This document shows positions 17,718-25,036 of a DNA stretch of 64,000 nt, piece by piece. The notes beneath the pieces were generated by a model, which was given only the letters and a program-made list of their open reading frames with translations, did not search any database and was not told where the DNA came from. The translations under genes were made by a program, and so were the position numbers. The stretch is from a virus (taxonomy: Duplodnaviria; Caudoviricetes). Within the stretch, counting starts at the first letter, position 1, and each line of letters opens with the position of its first letter. The DNA lies in IMG/VR virus record IMGVR_UViG_3300033066_001295, positions 143,817 to 207,816 of that record; one strand, given 5' to 3'.

Positions 17718-17960
17718 CTAACATACCTTCTTGTATGCTCCGGGCTTGGTGCCAAGACGACGGCAGAACATCATCACCACATCCTCTTCAAGCTTTTCTA
17801 CCTCCTCTGTCTGACCTGTTTTGTTGATGTAGTCAGTTATCACCTCCATGTTTACATCAACTGTCAGCACACGGCGAAGAACAAAGTTCTTGTCACTAAC
17901 TGAGTCTGAAGTAACCACTACAGCTACTTCGTCTCCGAGCTTTATCTCGTCTTTTATCAT
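17718..17960 (-). CDS. hypothetical protein
   Basis: ORF MIKDEIKLG starting just after tRNA-Trp. Confidence 0.5.
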   Translation of the reverse strand: MIKDEIKLGDEVAVVVTSDSVSDKNFVLRRVLTVDVNMEVITDYINKTGQTEEVEKLEEDVVMMFCRRLGTKPGAYKKVC

Positions 17961-17961
17961 A

Positions 17962-18035
17962 TGGCATGTCCTGTAGGATTCGCACCCACGCAAGAAGTTT
18001 TGGAGGCTTCCGTGCTACTGTTACACCAAGGACAT
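17962..18035 (-). tRNA. tRNA-Trp(CCA)
   Basis: ATGTCCT/AGGACAT-G-CCA, loop CT-CCA-AA. Confidence 0.9.
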
Positions 18036-18042
18036 AAAAAAT

Positions 18043-18441
18043 TCACAATCGAAAACTATCAAAGTGACCACCTGCCACGTTAACGTCACGACCGCACTGG
18101 CGAATGTACTCCAGAGCTTGACCCATGTCCAGCTTGATTTGCTTGCTTACAAGGTAGAGAGCAACGACATAGACAGACCGTGAACGGCCTTCGTGGCAAT
18201 GAACCAGCACCTTGGCACCCGGATCAGCACAGATGGCATCGAGAATGTTCAATGCTGCTGCATAAAGGGCTGGATGGTTTGCACCGTCCACCATGCCAAC
18301 ATGAAAGTGGTTCACCCTGTGTGCCCATCCAACTCTCTGGTCTAGGTCATGGGCACAGTTGAGGATATGAGTGATCCCGTCTTGTGGTTGTGAAGCATCA
18401 CGACTGTTACCGATCCATATTTGTGGCGTGATCTGGTTCAT
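18043..18441 (-). CDS. dual-specificity protein phosphatase
   Basis: QITPQIWIGN, ITHILNCA, KVLVHCHEGRSRS (HCx5R). Confidence 0.9.
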   Translation of the reverse strand: MNQITPQIWIGNSRDASQPQDGITHILNCAHDLDQRVGWAHRVNHFHVGMVDGANHPALYAAALNILDAICADPGAKVLVHCHEGRSRSVYVVALYLVSKQIKLDMGQALEYIRQCGRDVNVAGGHFDSFRL

Positions 18442-18550
18442 TGAAAGGGTGCATGTTGAGGGTTCTCACCTCTTTACAAGCTCACATGCGGAGAGCTTAC
18501 GGCTGTCACATCACATAATGATGATCTGGCTGTAACAGTGTTACCTGTCG

Positions 18551-18625
18551 TGGTACCCTTATCAGGAGTCGCACCTGAACTTAGACTTTAGGAGAATCCC
18601 GTGCGGTCTATTACACTATAAGGGC
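18551..18625 (-). tRNA. tRNA-Arg(CCT)
   Basis: GCCCTTA/TAAGGGT-A-CCA, loop CT-CCT-AA. Confidence 0.9.
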
Positions 18626-18631
18626 ATTAAC

Positions 18632-18707
18632 TGGCACTCGTGACAAGAGTTGCACTTGTACCTTACTCCTTAGAAGGGAGCCATGCTGTCTATTACACCA
18701 CACGAGC
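18632..18707 (-). tRNA. tRNA-Arg(TCT)
   Basis: GCTCGTG/CACGAGT-G-CCA, loop CT-TCT-AA. Confidence 0.9.
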
Positions 18708-18762
18708 TTAACTGAGATCAGGGTGCAACTCAATGAAAACTTTGCACCCTGTATCTATTTGT

Positions 18763-19197
18763 ATGAGAGAAAAAATTTTGGAACTAAAAAAGCAAAACCC
18801 GGTATGGGGCTACAAGCGTATTGCAAAAAAATTAGGCTGTAGCCACAATACAGTAAAGTACCACCTTCTGACGACTGTCAGAAAAACCTACGCTACTAGG
18901 CAACAAGAAAGACGTGCTATGGTGATGATGTCACTGAAAATGCTGCACGGTGGCTGCTGTGTAAAATGTGGTTACAGCAAAGCCATTACAGCCCTTCAGT
19001 TCCATCACAGAGACCCAAGTACAAAAGTTAAAATGGTATCACAGCTTATCCGTGAACACAATTTTACTGCTGCCCAAGAAGAAGCTGATAAGTGTGACCT
19101 TCTGTGTGCTAACTGCCATTTTGAGGTTCATGAGCAAGCCGACAAAACCTACATAAAATGGGCACAGCCTAGTCTGTTCGAGCCACAGGAGCATTAA
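18763..19197 (+). CDS. HTH plus HNH endonuclease
   Basis: WGYKRIAKKLGCSHNTV; CVKCGY..ALQFHHRDP..KCDLLCANCHFEVH. Confidence 0.85.
   Translation: MREKILELKKQNPVWGYKRIAKKLGCSHNTVKYHLLTTVRKTYATRQQERRAMVMMSLKMLHGGCCVKCGYSKAITALQFHHRDPSTKVKMVSQLIREHNFTAAQEEADKCDLLCANCHFEVHEQADKTYIKWAQPSLFEPQEH
19159..19192 (-). pseudogene. 5' half of a tRNA truncated at the HNH gene
   Basis: GCTCCTG-TG-GCTC-GAACAGACTA-GGC-TGTGCC; no matching 3' half seen. Confidence 0.45.
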
Positions 19198-19341
19198 TTT
19201 TTTCGTTGTGCCGTCGAACGGCTTCATCAAGGGTCTCACCCGGCTTCATGTCAATGTCGGGCATGTACCACACATTAGGAAAGTTTCCTCTTTTCTCAGG
19301 AGGTATGAGCACCCAGTCTATCTTCTTGTTGGGTGCCTCGT

Positions 19342-19539
19342 TCATAAAGCCAGAGACTTCACTTTAAGGCCAGTGTAAGGTGGTGGTTTCCTACCAATAT
19401 ACACCTTGTTACCTGATATGATGTCCTCAAGAAAAGCATCTTCACTTATGAAGGTGATCTGCTTCGTAATCTGGGGAACACCATCCACCTCCACGTTAGG
19501 GAGAGATTTGACAGCTTTAGTGAGAAGCCTCTTGTTCAT
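19342..19539 (-). CDS. hypothetical protein
   Basis: 65-aa ORF in an operon. Confidence 0.4.
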   Translation of the reverse strand: MNKRLLTKAVKSLPNVEVDGVPQITKQITFISEDAFLEDIISGNKVYIGRKPPPYTGLKVKSLAL

Positions 19540-19669
19540 TTGTCAGCAGGAAGACTCAGAATGGCCTTCATGTCAATGAAGCTCTGCCTCTCGGTGAGCT
19601 TCTCAACCTTGCAGTTTTTGTGAGTGCATCCAAGGGGGGCACTGACACAGAAGAGGAGCAGGAAGAATT

Positions 19670-20092
19670 TCATGTGAGACCTTTCTTGATTGAAGCTGAA
19701 ATTGCCTTCAGGAGTGGAACAAGCTCGTGCTTGTCGAGGTTATCCTTCACCACGTTGGCGTAGGAAGCATTGTACAAAGCTGTCACTATGTCGATAACGG
19801 CCAGTGCCTCAGCAGATGAAGGCAGGTCCAGTTTCACGGATGAAAGTGCTTCAGTGAAGGCTTTTGGGTCAAAGTCCTTGCCGTCAGCAAAGGTGTCGAT
19901 GGTGAGGGCGATGTCCCTCAAGTACTTGGTGGCAGCAGGCTGCTTTGAAACACCAATGCGAACCGCTGAAGGCACCGTGGCGTTCACCACTGTAACCGCC
20001 CTGACAGGATCAAAAGCTTTCTTGCCCTCCGGTGTGGTTGTGCATTGAACGAGGGTGACGGCAACAACTAGCGAAGTGAAAATTGATTTCAT
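19670..20092 (-). CDS. putative lipoprotein
   Basis: Signal peptide ending TLVQ-C; TTGACA-N17-TAGCAT promoter 6 nt before the ATG. Confidence 0.6.
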   Translation of the reverse strand: MKSIFTSLVVAVTLVQCTTTPEGKKAFDPVRAVTVVNATVPSAVRIGVSKQPAATKYLRDIALTIDTFADGKDFDPKAFTEALSSVKLDLPSSAEALAVIDIVTALYNASYANVVKDNLDKHELVPLLKAISASIKKGLT

Positions 20093-20154
20093 GTGGAAAT
20101 GCTAGCTGATGATATTGAGGATGTCAAGGATTAACGAATCGCACCAATATAGAA

Positions 20155-20229
20155 TGGTATCCGTAACAGGAGTCGCACCTGTGTCTCAGCCTTCGCAAAG
20201 CTGAATTCTATCTACTGAACTATACGGAC
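20155..20229 (-). tRNA. tRNA-Arg(GCG)
   Basis: GTCCGTA/TACGGAT-A-CCA, loop TT-GCG-AA. Confidence 0.9.
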
Positions 20230-20279
20230 ATTAAAAAACCGGCCAAAATTGTGCATCATAGAGAGGCATGGTAGGTAAA

Positions 20280-20356
20280 TGGTTGCGGGAGTTGGATTTG
20301 CACCAACGCATACCAGCTTATGAGGCTGGTGACTTAAACTGCTTGTCGATCCCGCA
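20280..20356 (-). tRNA. tRNA-Met(CAT)
   Basis: TGCGGGA/TCCCGCA-A-CCA, loop CT-CAT-AA. Confidence 0.9.
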
Positions 20357-20362
20357 ATGAAA

Positions 20363-20438
20363 TGGTGCTCCAAGAGAGACTTGCACTCTCGTTGCCCAGA
20401 TTAAGAGTCTGGTGTAATAGCTTCTATACGATTGGAGC
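20363..20438 (-). tRNA. tRNA-Lys(CTT)
   Basis: GCTCCAA/TTGGAGC-A-CCA, loop CT-CTT-AA. Confidence 0.9.
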
Positions 20439-20442
20439 TTTG

Positions 20443-20517
20443 TGGCTCCCCATTTTGGACTCGCACCAAACTCACACAGCTTAACAGGCTGGCCGCACAC
20501 TCGGTGCGTTACGGGGA
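20443..20517 (-). tRNA. tRNA-Asn(GTT)
   Basis: TCCCCGT/ATGGGGA-G-CCA, loop CT-GTT-AA. Confidence 0.9.
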
Positions 20518-20565
20518 ATAAACGGTTAAAATTGTATTTTAGTTCTTAACCGACTACATATTTGT

Positions 20566-21081
20566 ATGACTAAAAAATGTTGTAGGTGTAAGATTGAGAA
20601 ATCAGTTACTGATTTTGGCAAAATGTCTTCTGCCAAAGATGGTCTTCAAAGTAGGTGTAAGCCTTGTAATAGGGCTGTTGCTCTGGACTACTCAAGAAAA
20701 TTCAAGGAGCGGAGCTACACTAACACAAAAGAACGGAAGAAGCGGATTACCACAGCTATATCAGAGGTGAAGCGACGTGCTGGATGTGCTCTATGCACAG
20801 AAAGTGACCCTGTATGCTTGGTATTCCACCACCTTGACCCAACTCAAAAGGAGCTTCAGGTAAATGGTGCAACAAACCCATCTGTCCAAAGAATAACCCT
20901 AGAGGCAGTCAAATGTGAGGTAGTTTGCTGCAATTGTCACCGCAAGGTCCACTTTGGGAACATGGTCATAGACTCAAGGCGTGATATAGACTTGTCCCCT
21001 ATAGAGATGTTAGTGCCTAGAAAGGGACGAACAAAAAGGATGGTCCCTCCTGACGGTAACGCTCCGTCTTCTGCGAGTTAA
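20566..21081 (+). CDS. HNH endonuclease with N-terminal Zn finger
   Basis: KKCCRCKIEK..DGLQSRCKPC; CALC..LVFHHLDP..KCEVVCCNCHRKVH. Confidence 0.85.
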   Translation: MTKKCCRCKIEKSVTDFGKMSSAKDGLQSRCKPCNRAVALDYSRKFKERSYTNTKERKKRITTAISEVKRRAGCALCTESDPVCLVFHHLDPTQKELQVNGATNPSVQRITLEAVKCEVVCCNCHRKVHFGNMVIDSRRDIDLSPIEMLVPRKGRTKRMVPPDGNAPSSAS

Positions 21082-21115
21082 AAGCTCGCTGCTATCACTA
21101 AAAAGCTTAGGAGGG
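21041..21115 (-). tRNA. tRNA-Lys(TTT)
   Basis: CCCTCCT/AGGAGGG-A-CCA, loop CT-TTT-AA. Confidence 0.9.
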
Positions 21116-21121
21116 GAAAAT

Positions 21122-21228
21122 TTGAGTAGAAGCATCCGGCACAGTTGATCAGCTTCTCTTGACAGTCCGGTGCCCGGTGATCATCTGTCATCTCTGTCTG
21201 GTTGTCAGACATGCCTGACTTGCTACAA
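21122..21228 (-). ncRNA. unassigned compact RNA with crossing helices
   Basis: TGACAG/CTGTCA, TGATCA/TGATCA, GGCAC/GTGCC, TGTCTG/CAGACA. Confidence 0.4.
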
Positions 21229-21250
21229 TTGCAAAACAGTATGTATTGAC

Positions 21251-21850
21251 ATGAATATAGAACTAACTCAATTGACACAAGCAGTAAGCAATTCAGTGTC
21301 CTTGTCGAGTGCGCTGAAACTGCTCAAAAAGCCTGTAAACGGTAGTTACATGAAGAAACTCAAGAACCTCATCGAAGAGGCTAACCTTGACACAGGCCAT
21401 TTTACTGAACTAGGAGTAAAAAAGGTCCGCCCAAAGGAGTACAGGAAGTGCAAGCACTGCAATTCAGAGTTCTTGGTGAAATCTGACAACCTAGACAAAC
21501 AGTGCTGCTCATATTCCTGCTCAAACAAATCAAAGCTAAGAGGACTAGCTGGTGTCAAAACCACCTATCGGTCTATCTGCTTTGAGCATCACCAGCACAA
21601 GTGCTGTGTCTGCCCAGAGACTAATGTTGTAGCTGTCCATCACATGGACGGTAACCACAAAAACAACACCCCCTCTAACTTAGTGCCCTTGTGCCCAACT
21701 CATCACACCTATGTTCACAGTAAAAAACTGAAACACTTGGTAGATGGCACAATCAAGGACTACTTAACCAAATGGTCGGCTATGCCGGACTTGCACCGTG
21801 ACTCAACGCCCCAAACGTCGCGTGTTACTATTACACCACATAACCGATAA
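21251..21850 (+). CDS. HNH endonuclease
   Basis: CKHC..CCSYSC; CCVC..VAVHHMDGNHKNNTPSNLVPLCPTHH. Confidence 0.9.
   Translation: MNIELTQLTQAVSNSVSLSSALKLLKKPVNGSYMKKLKNLIEEANLDTGHFTELGVKKVRPKEYRKCKHCNSEFLVKSDNLDKQCCSYSCSNKSKLRGLAGVKTTYRSICFEHHQHKCCVCPETNVVAVHHMDGNHKNNTPSNLVPLCPTHHTYVHSKKLKHLVDGTIKDYLTKWSAMPDLHRDSTPQTSRVTITPHNR
21773..21846 (-). tRNA. tRNA-Pro(TGG)
   Basis: CGGTTATG/CATAGCCG-A-CCA, loop TT-TGG-GG. Confidence 0.85.
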
Positions 21851-21852
21851 AA

Positions 21853-21956
21853 TGTGTGAAGGGCCGGGCTTTCACCGACACATGATTTCTAAGAGTTGCA
21901 ACTCCAATCACGGCGATAAGAGCGTCCCCTCATCGTGCATCTGCTGCCGCCTTCGC
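21853..21956 (-). ncRNA. tRNA-like RNA lacking an anticodon loop
   Basis: GCGAAGG/CCTTCAC, T arm GTCGG-TGAAAGC-CCGGC, 9-bp arm with GACG loop, long variable arm. Confidence 0.5.
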
Positions 21957-22129
21957 TGGAACCCTTGATAGGGCATAAAATTTCAGCAGGCTGCATGTCA
22001 AAGGAACCGTACAAATAGGCGAACCTTTGACCCTACACTTACAACACCCTCATGAAGGCAAAAGTAAGCATATAAAGGTACTGTCGTCCCATGGTCTGTA
22101 ATCACTTGCAGCTACATATCTTCTGCTGA

Positions 22130-22203
22130 TGGCATCCCCGACTGGACTCGCACCAGCTTTTCCTGTTTGAGAGACAGGGTTCCTACTCATAGAAGACAGG
22201 GAC
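22130..22203 (-). tRNA. tRNA-Glu(CTC)
   Basis: GTCCCTG/CGGGGAT-G-CCA, loop CT-CTC-AA. Confidence 0.9.
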
Positions 22204-22211
22204 ATTGAAAA

Positions 22212-22318
22212 GGAAGCCCTTGAGTGAAGTCGAATCACCCACCTACCAGCTTTACACTTTCGATCCTTGGCACAAGGTTCACTGTGTAAGGTGCCTCTGG
22301 CAGGCTACCACAAAGGGC
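22212..22318 (-). ncRNA. tRNA-like RNA with extended anticodon arm
   Basis: GCCCTT/AAGGGC, T arm GGTGA-TTCGACT-TCACT, arm TTACAC..CCTTG-TGC-CAAGG..GTGTAA. Confidence 0.5.
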
Positions 22319-22325
22319 ATAAAAT

Positions 22326-22402
22326 TGGCAACCGTGTTGGGAGTCCCACCCAATACATGTCTGGTTGAAAGCCAGACCTCTCCAGTCTTTGAATTCACGG
22401 TC
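22326..22402 (-). tRNA. tRNA-Glu(TTC), atypical
   Basis: GACCGTG/CACGGTT-G-CCA, loop CT-TTC-AA. Confidence 0.8.
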
Positions 22403-22410
22403 ATTGAAAT

Positions 22411-22485
22411 TGGCACTCCATGCGAGGCTCGCACTCACTTTGCCGCCTTGAAAGGGCGGAATCCTAACTCATAGATGAATGGAGT
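22411..22485 (-). tRNA. tRNA-Glu(TTC)
   Basis: ACTCCAT/ATGGAGT-G-CCA, loop CT-TTC-AA. Confidence 0.9.
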
Positions 22486-22499
22486 ATTGAAATTTTACA

Positions 22500-22642
22500 T
22501 GGCTGATCCCGTGGCTCTAGCAAGTTTCCCCGCCAGAGTTTTCGGCCTAGTTCTCCAGTTATTCCCCTGCTTGGGAGACTCCACGGAGTGCAGGGCTAGA
22601 TGTCCAAATGTCAGCCTACTTGTTGGACCCACGGGATCAACC
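22500..22642 (-). ncRNA. unassigned multi-way junction RNA
   Basis: 14-bp closing stem GGTTGATCCCGTGG/CCACGGGATCAGCC with three internal arms. Confidence 0.55.
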
Positions 22643-22831
22643 ATGCATTGAAATTTTGTCATTCAGGCGGGTGCCACATTGTGGGCACGGAATAGTTCCC
22701 CACACTCCGGCTGAAACTTCTTCAAGATGGCAGTTTGGCACTTCAATAACAAAGCCACACTGACATGCCACCTTAGTAGCTGCACCAATGGCATAGTCAA
22801 TGTCAGGTGACATGCTTAAAATTGCTTTCAT
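22637..22831 (-). CDS. small Zn-ribbon protein
   Basis: CQCG...CPQCG. Confidence 0.45.
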   Translation of the reverse strand: MKAILSMSPDIDYAIGAATKVACQCGFVIEVPNCHLEEVSAGVWGTIPCPQCGTRLNDKISMHG

Positions 22832-22832
22832 A

Positions 22833-22905
22833 TGGTAGCAGGACGTGGAGTCTCACCACGATGAACAAGCTTATGAGGCTCGTTGGGTTAATCAACCTTC
22901 CTGCC
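22833..22905 (-). tRNA. tRNA-Met(CAT), atypical (7-bp anticodon stem, small D loop)
   Basis: GGCAGGA/TCCTGCT-A-CCA, loop CT-CAT-AA. Confidence 0.75.
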
Positions 22906-22906
22906 G

Positions 22907-22968
22907 TGGTGGAGGTGACAACAACACTAAAAGGACTCTCACCTTTCAGTTATCACGTTGCCACCCCC
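22907..22968 (-). ncRNA. Ala-acceptor hairpin RNA
   Basis: GGGGGTGGCAAC/GTTGTCACCTCC-A-CCA (G3:U70, A73) capped by AAAGG-TGAGAGT-CCTTT. Confidence 0.6.
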
Positions 22969-23021
22969 ATAAAATGCCTAGCCGCCTGTAAAGGCAACAG
23001 CCCGGTAAAGGGTTTTCGGCT

Positions 23022-23098
23022 TGGTGCTCACAGAGGGAGTTGCACCCTCACTGCCATGGTCCTTAGCCATGTGCCTCCTGCTGTTGGGCTATGTGAGC
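23022..23098 (-). tRNA. tRNA-Leu(AAG), short variable arm
   Basis: GCTCACA/TGTGAGC-A-CCA, loop CT-AAG-GA. Confidence 0.85.
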
Positions 23099-23175
23099 AA
23101 TTGAAAGCAGAGCGGCAACCAGAAGCTCCTGTTTACACATGAGCTAGTTTAGCGTTTAGGTTGCTGCCCTGCAAA

Positions 23176-23251
23176 TGGAGCCTCGCTGAGGACTTGCACC
23201 CCACGTATCCTGCTTACAAAACAGGTGCATCGCTGTCTATGCTTCCGAGGC
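23176..23251 (-). tRNA. tRNA-Thr(TGT)
   Basis: GCCTCG/CGAGGC-T-CCA, loop TT-TGT-AA. Confidence 0.85.
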
Positions 23252-23257
23252 AAAAAT

Positions 23258-23342
23258 TGGTCGGCTTGGAGGGACTTGCACCCTCAAGAACTGATGATTT
23301 TGAGTCAACCGCTTCTGCTATTTCGCTTTCGTTCACAAGCCG
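23258..23342 (-). tRNA. tRNA-Leu(CAA), atypical D arm
   Basis: CGGCTTG/CAAGCCG-A-CCA, loop CT-CAA-AA. Confidence 0.8.
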
Positions 23343-23406
23343 TAAAAGCTCCGGGTCACCAGTTAATTCTGATCACTATGCATCGCGCGTTTTACCGCGA
23401 CCCGAT

Positions 23407-23490
23407 TGGTAGGCGTGGCGAGACTTGCACTCGCATGAATTTCTTCGCTGGTTCCTAAAACCAGTGCGGCTGCTATTACGCCACACGCCC
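23407..23490 (-). tRNA. tRNA-Leu(TAG)
   Basis: GGGCGTG/CACGCCT-A-CCA, loop TT-TAG-GA. Confidence 0.9.
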
Positions 23491-23497
23491 ATAAAAA

Positions 23498-23565
23498 AGG
23501 TGGTGTTCTGTCTATTAAACTACCAGTCTCTCGACCGTGTCGGAGTTGCACCCACATTTCCACCT
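23498..23565 (-). ncRNA. stand-alone circularly permuted tRNA module
   Basis: AGGTGG, T arm, acceptor closed by GAGA, D arm, CCACCT. Confidence 0.7.
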
Positions 23566-23567
23566 AC

Positions 23568-23661
23568 TGGCGGATGGCAACGGACTTGCACCGTGTGCCC
23601 CACTAAAGAGACACGATCTGTTTAGCAAACAGTCCCGGCACGCTTGTCCGGTTTACCATCC
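23568..23661 (-). tRNA. tRNA-Ser(GCT), 8/4 fold
   Basis: GGATGGTA/TGCCATCC-G-CCA, loop TT-GCT-AA. Confidence 0.85.
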
Positions 23662-23669
23662 ATAAAGAC

Positions 23670-23809
23670 TCAGGAAGAAAATCGAAGAGGGAGTGTTATC
23701 ACACCGTGTAACGGGTGCTGCTCGACCGTTGAGCGTATTCTCTAATTTTGGGCAGAGGATACTGGAGTTGAACCAGTTGTTGAAGTAGCCCTGTTTCTCG
23801 CTGTCCTGA
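23670..23809 (-). ncRNA. YrlA/Y-RNA-like RNA 4
   Basis: Terminal motifs plus ACTGG-TTCAACT-CCAGT, closed acceptor, GCTC-AACGGTC-GAGC. Confidence 0.7.
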
Positions 23810-23858
23810 TGGCGGATGGCAGAGGATTCACACCTCCTGCACAAGTAAATGACCACCC
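23810..23858 (-). ncRNA. tRNA minihelix-like RNA
   Basis: GGGTGGT/GCCATCC-G-CCA plus GGAGG-TGTGAAT-CCTCT joined by a 14-nt linker. Confidence 0.6.
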
Positions 23859-23865
23859 ATAATTA

Positions 23866-23992
23866 ACAAGAGAAAGTTGAGTAGAGTATGACAGCTTTCG
23901 CTGTTCGGTTGGAGTCGCACCAACTAATGTCTGATTTGTAGTCAAATGCCCAACTGGTAGGCGTCGAAGTAACTCTGGCTCTCGCTGCTTGT
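23866..23992 (-). ncRNA. YrlA/Y-RNA-like RNA 5
   Basis: Terminal motifs enclosing D-like, anticodon-like (CT-ACA-AA) and T arms in normal order. Confidence 0.65.
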
Positions 23993-23993
23993 C

Positions 23994-24061
23994 TGGAGCC
24001 GGTGGTCACGGTTATTATGGCAAGCCTTTCGGCTATTCCAGTTCACAACGTGACCCCCAGC
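23994..24061 (-). ncRNA. CCA-ended hairpin RNA
   Basis: GCTGGGG-GTCACG / CGTGAC-CACCGGC-T-CCA with apical AGCC-GAAA-GGCT. Confidence 0.5.
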
Positions 24062-24068
24062 ATTAGAT

Positions 24069-24152
24069 GAAGAAAGAAAATCGGAGAGAGGTATTAATGG
24101 CACGAGGCCATTTTCGTATTCATCGAAGTAACTCTTTTCCTCGCTGTTCTTC
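24069..24152 (-). ncRNA. YrlA/Y-RNA-like RNA 6 (minimal)
   Basis: CAGCGAGGAAAAGAGTTACTTCG..CTCTCTCCGATTTTCT with only a small hairpin. Confidence 0.65.
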
Positions 24153-24227
24153 TGGAGCGATCAACGGGACTTGCACCCGTAGTCCCATCCTTGGCAAGGA
24201 TGTGCTTTTCTATTAAGCTATGACCGC
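24153..24227 (-). tRNA. tRNA-Gly(GCC)
   Basis: GCGGTCA/TGATCGC-T-CCA, loop TT-GCC-AA. Confidence 0.9.
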
Positions 24228-24233
24228 ATTAAA

Positions 24234-24308
24234 TGGGGTGTCTGACGGGTTACGCTCCCGCACTGCCTTCTTCACAGGAAGGGATGCTACTACTACAATA
24301 CAGACACC
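24234..24308 (-). tRNA. tRNA-His(GTG)
   Basis: G-1 plus GTGTCTG/CAGACAC-C-CCA, loop CT-GTG-AA. Confidence 0.9.
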
Positions 24309-24463
24309 ATCTTATTGATGGAAATGAATGAACATCCAGTCGCCAACTGGAATCACGTTACTGTGGCAGGATACCACTGCCGATCTCGTGACATCTTGTT
24401 TCTAGTGCGGCTTCGCTATGTTCAATGGGGCTTAGCAAGGCCATGCCTAACACTAAGCATAAA

Positions 24464-24540
24464 TGGCGAAGCGTACGGGTTTTGCACCCGTCATGTCCAC
24501 CTTGACAGGGTGGTGGCTCCTCTAAGTTGCCCTACGCTCC
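24464..24540 (-). tRNA. tRNA-Asp(GTC)
   Basis: GGAGCGT/ACGCTTC-G-CCA, loop CT-GTC-AA. Confidence 0.9.
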
Positions 24541-25006
24541 TTTTTTTGTTACCCCATGTTGGTGTTTGAGAGTGACAATTCGGACAGATATATGCCAAAT
24601 TTTCAGCCCTATCATCAATGGGGTTACCGTTTAAGTGGTCTATCTGAAGTGTGAGTTCTTTACCCATCCACTCGGACAAACCGCACTTACTACATGAGTA
24701 TTCTCGCCCAATCTCATTTAGTGCATTTCTGAGATACTTTGTACTGACCCTTGCACCTGACGTTCGGTAAATGAGCCTCTCACTTGGTGGCAGCTTATTC
24801 CAAGAGGTTTTACCTCTATTTGAAGCGAGACCTAAAAAATGAGATATGTCTATGCTATTTTCGACTATCTTACGCTTTATGAAGCGGTATATCTCACTAC
24901 CATTGGGGTTACCACCTAAAGCAGAAATTAACTGCCTCAGAGACTTTGAAGATTTAGCAGCTTCACGGATAGACTCAGCATCGTACTTCAGCTTTCTCAT
25001 AGTCAT
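24491..25006 (-). CDS. HNH endonuclease
   Basis: CSKCGLSEWMGKELTLQIDHLNGNPIDDRAENLAYICPNCHSQT. Confidence 0.9.
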   Translation of the reverse strand: MTMRKLKYDAESIREAAKSSKSLRQLISALGGNPNGSEIYRFIKRKIVENSIDISHFLGLASNRGKTSWNKLPPSERLIYRTSGARVSTKYLRNALNEIGREYSCSKCGLSEWMGKELTLQIDHLNGNPIDDRAENLAYICPNCHSQTPTWGNKKRSVGQLRGATTLSRWT

Positions 25007-25036
25007 ACATACTGACTACGCGATCAGCATATGTGA

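Noticed and set aside
22907-22968. tmRNA
   Set aside because: Ends are tmRNA-like but there is no tag ORF, pseudoknots or adjacent T arm; no full tmRNA seen
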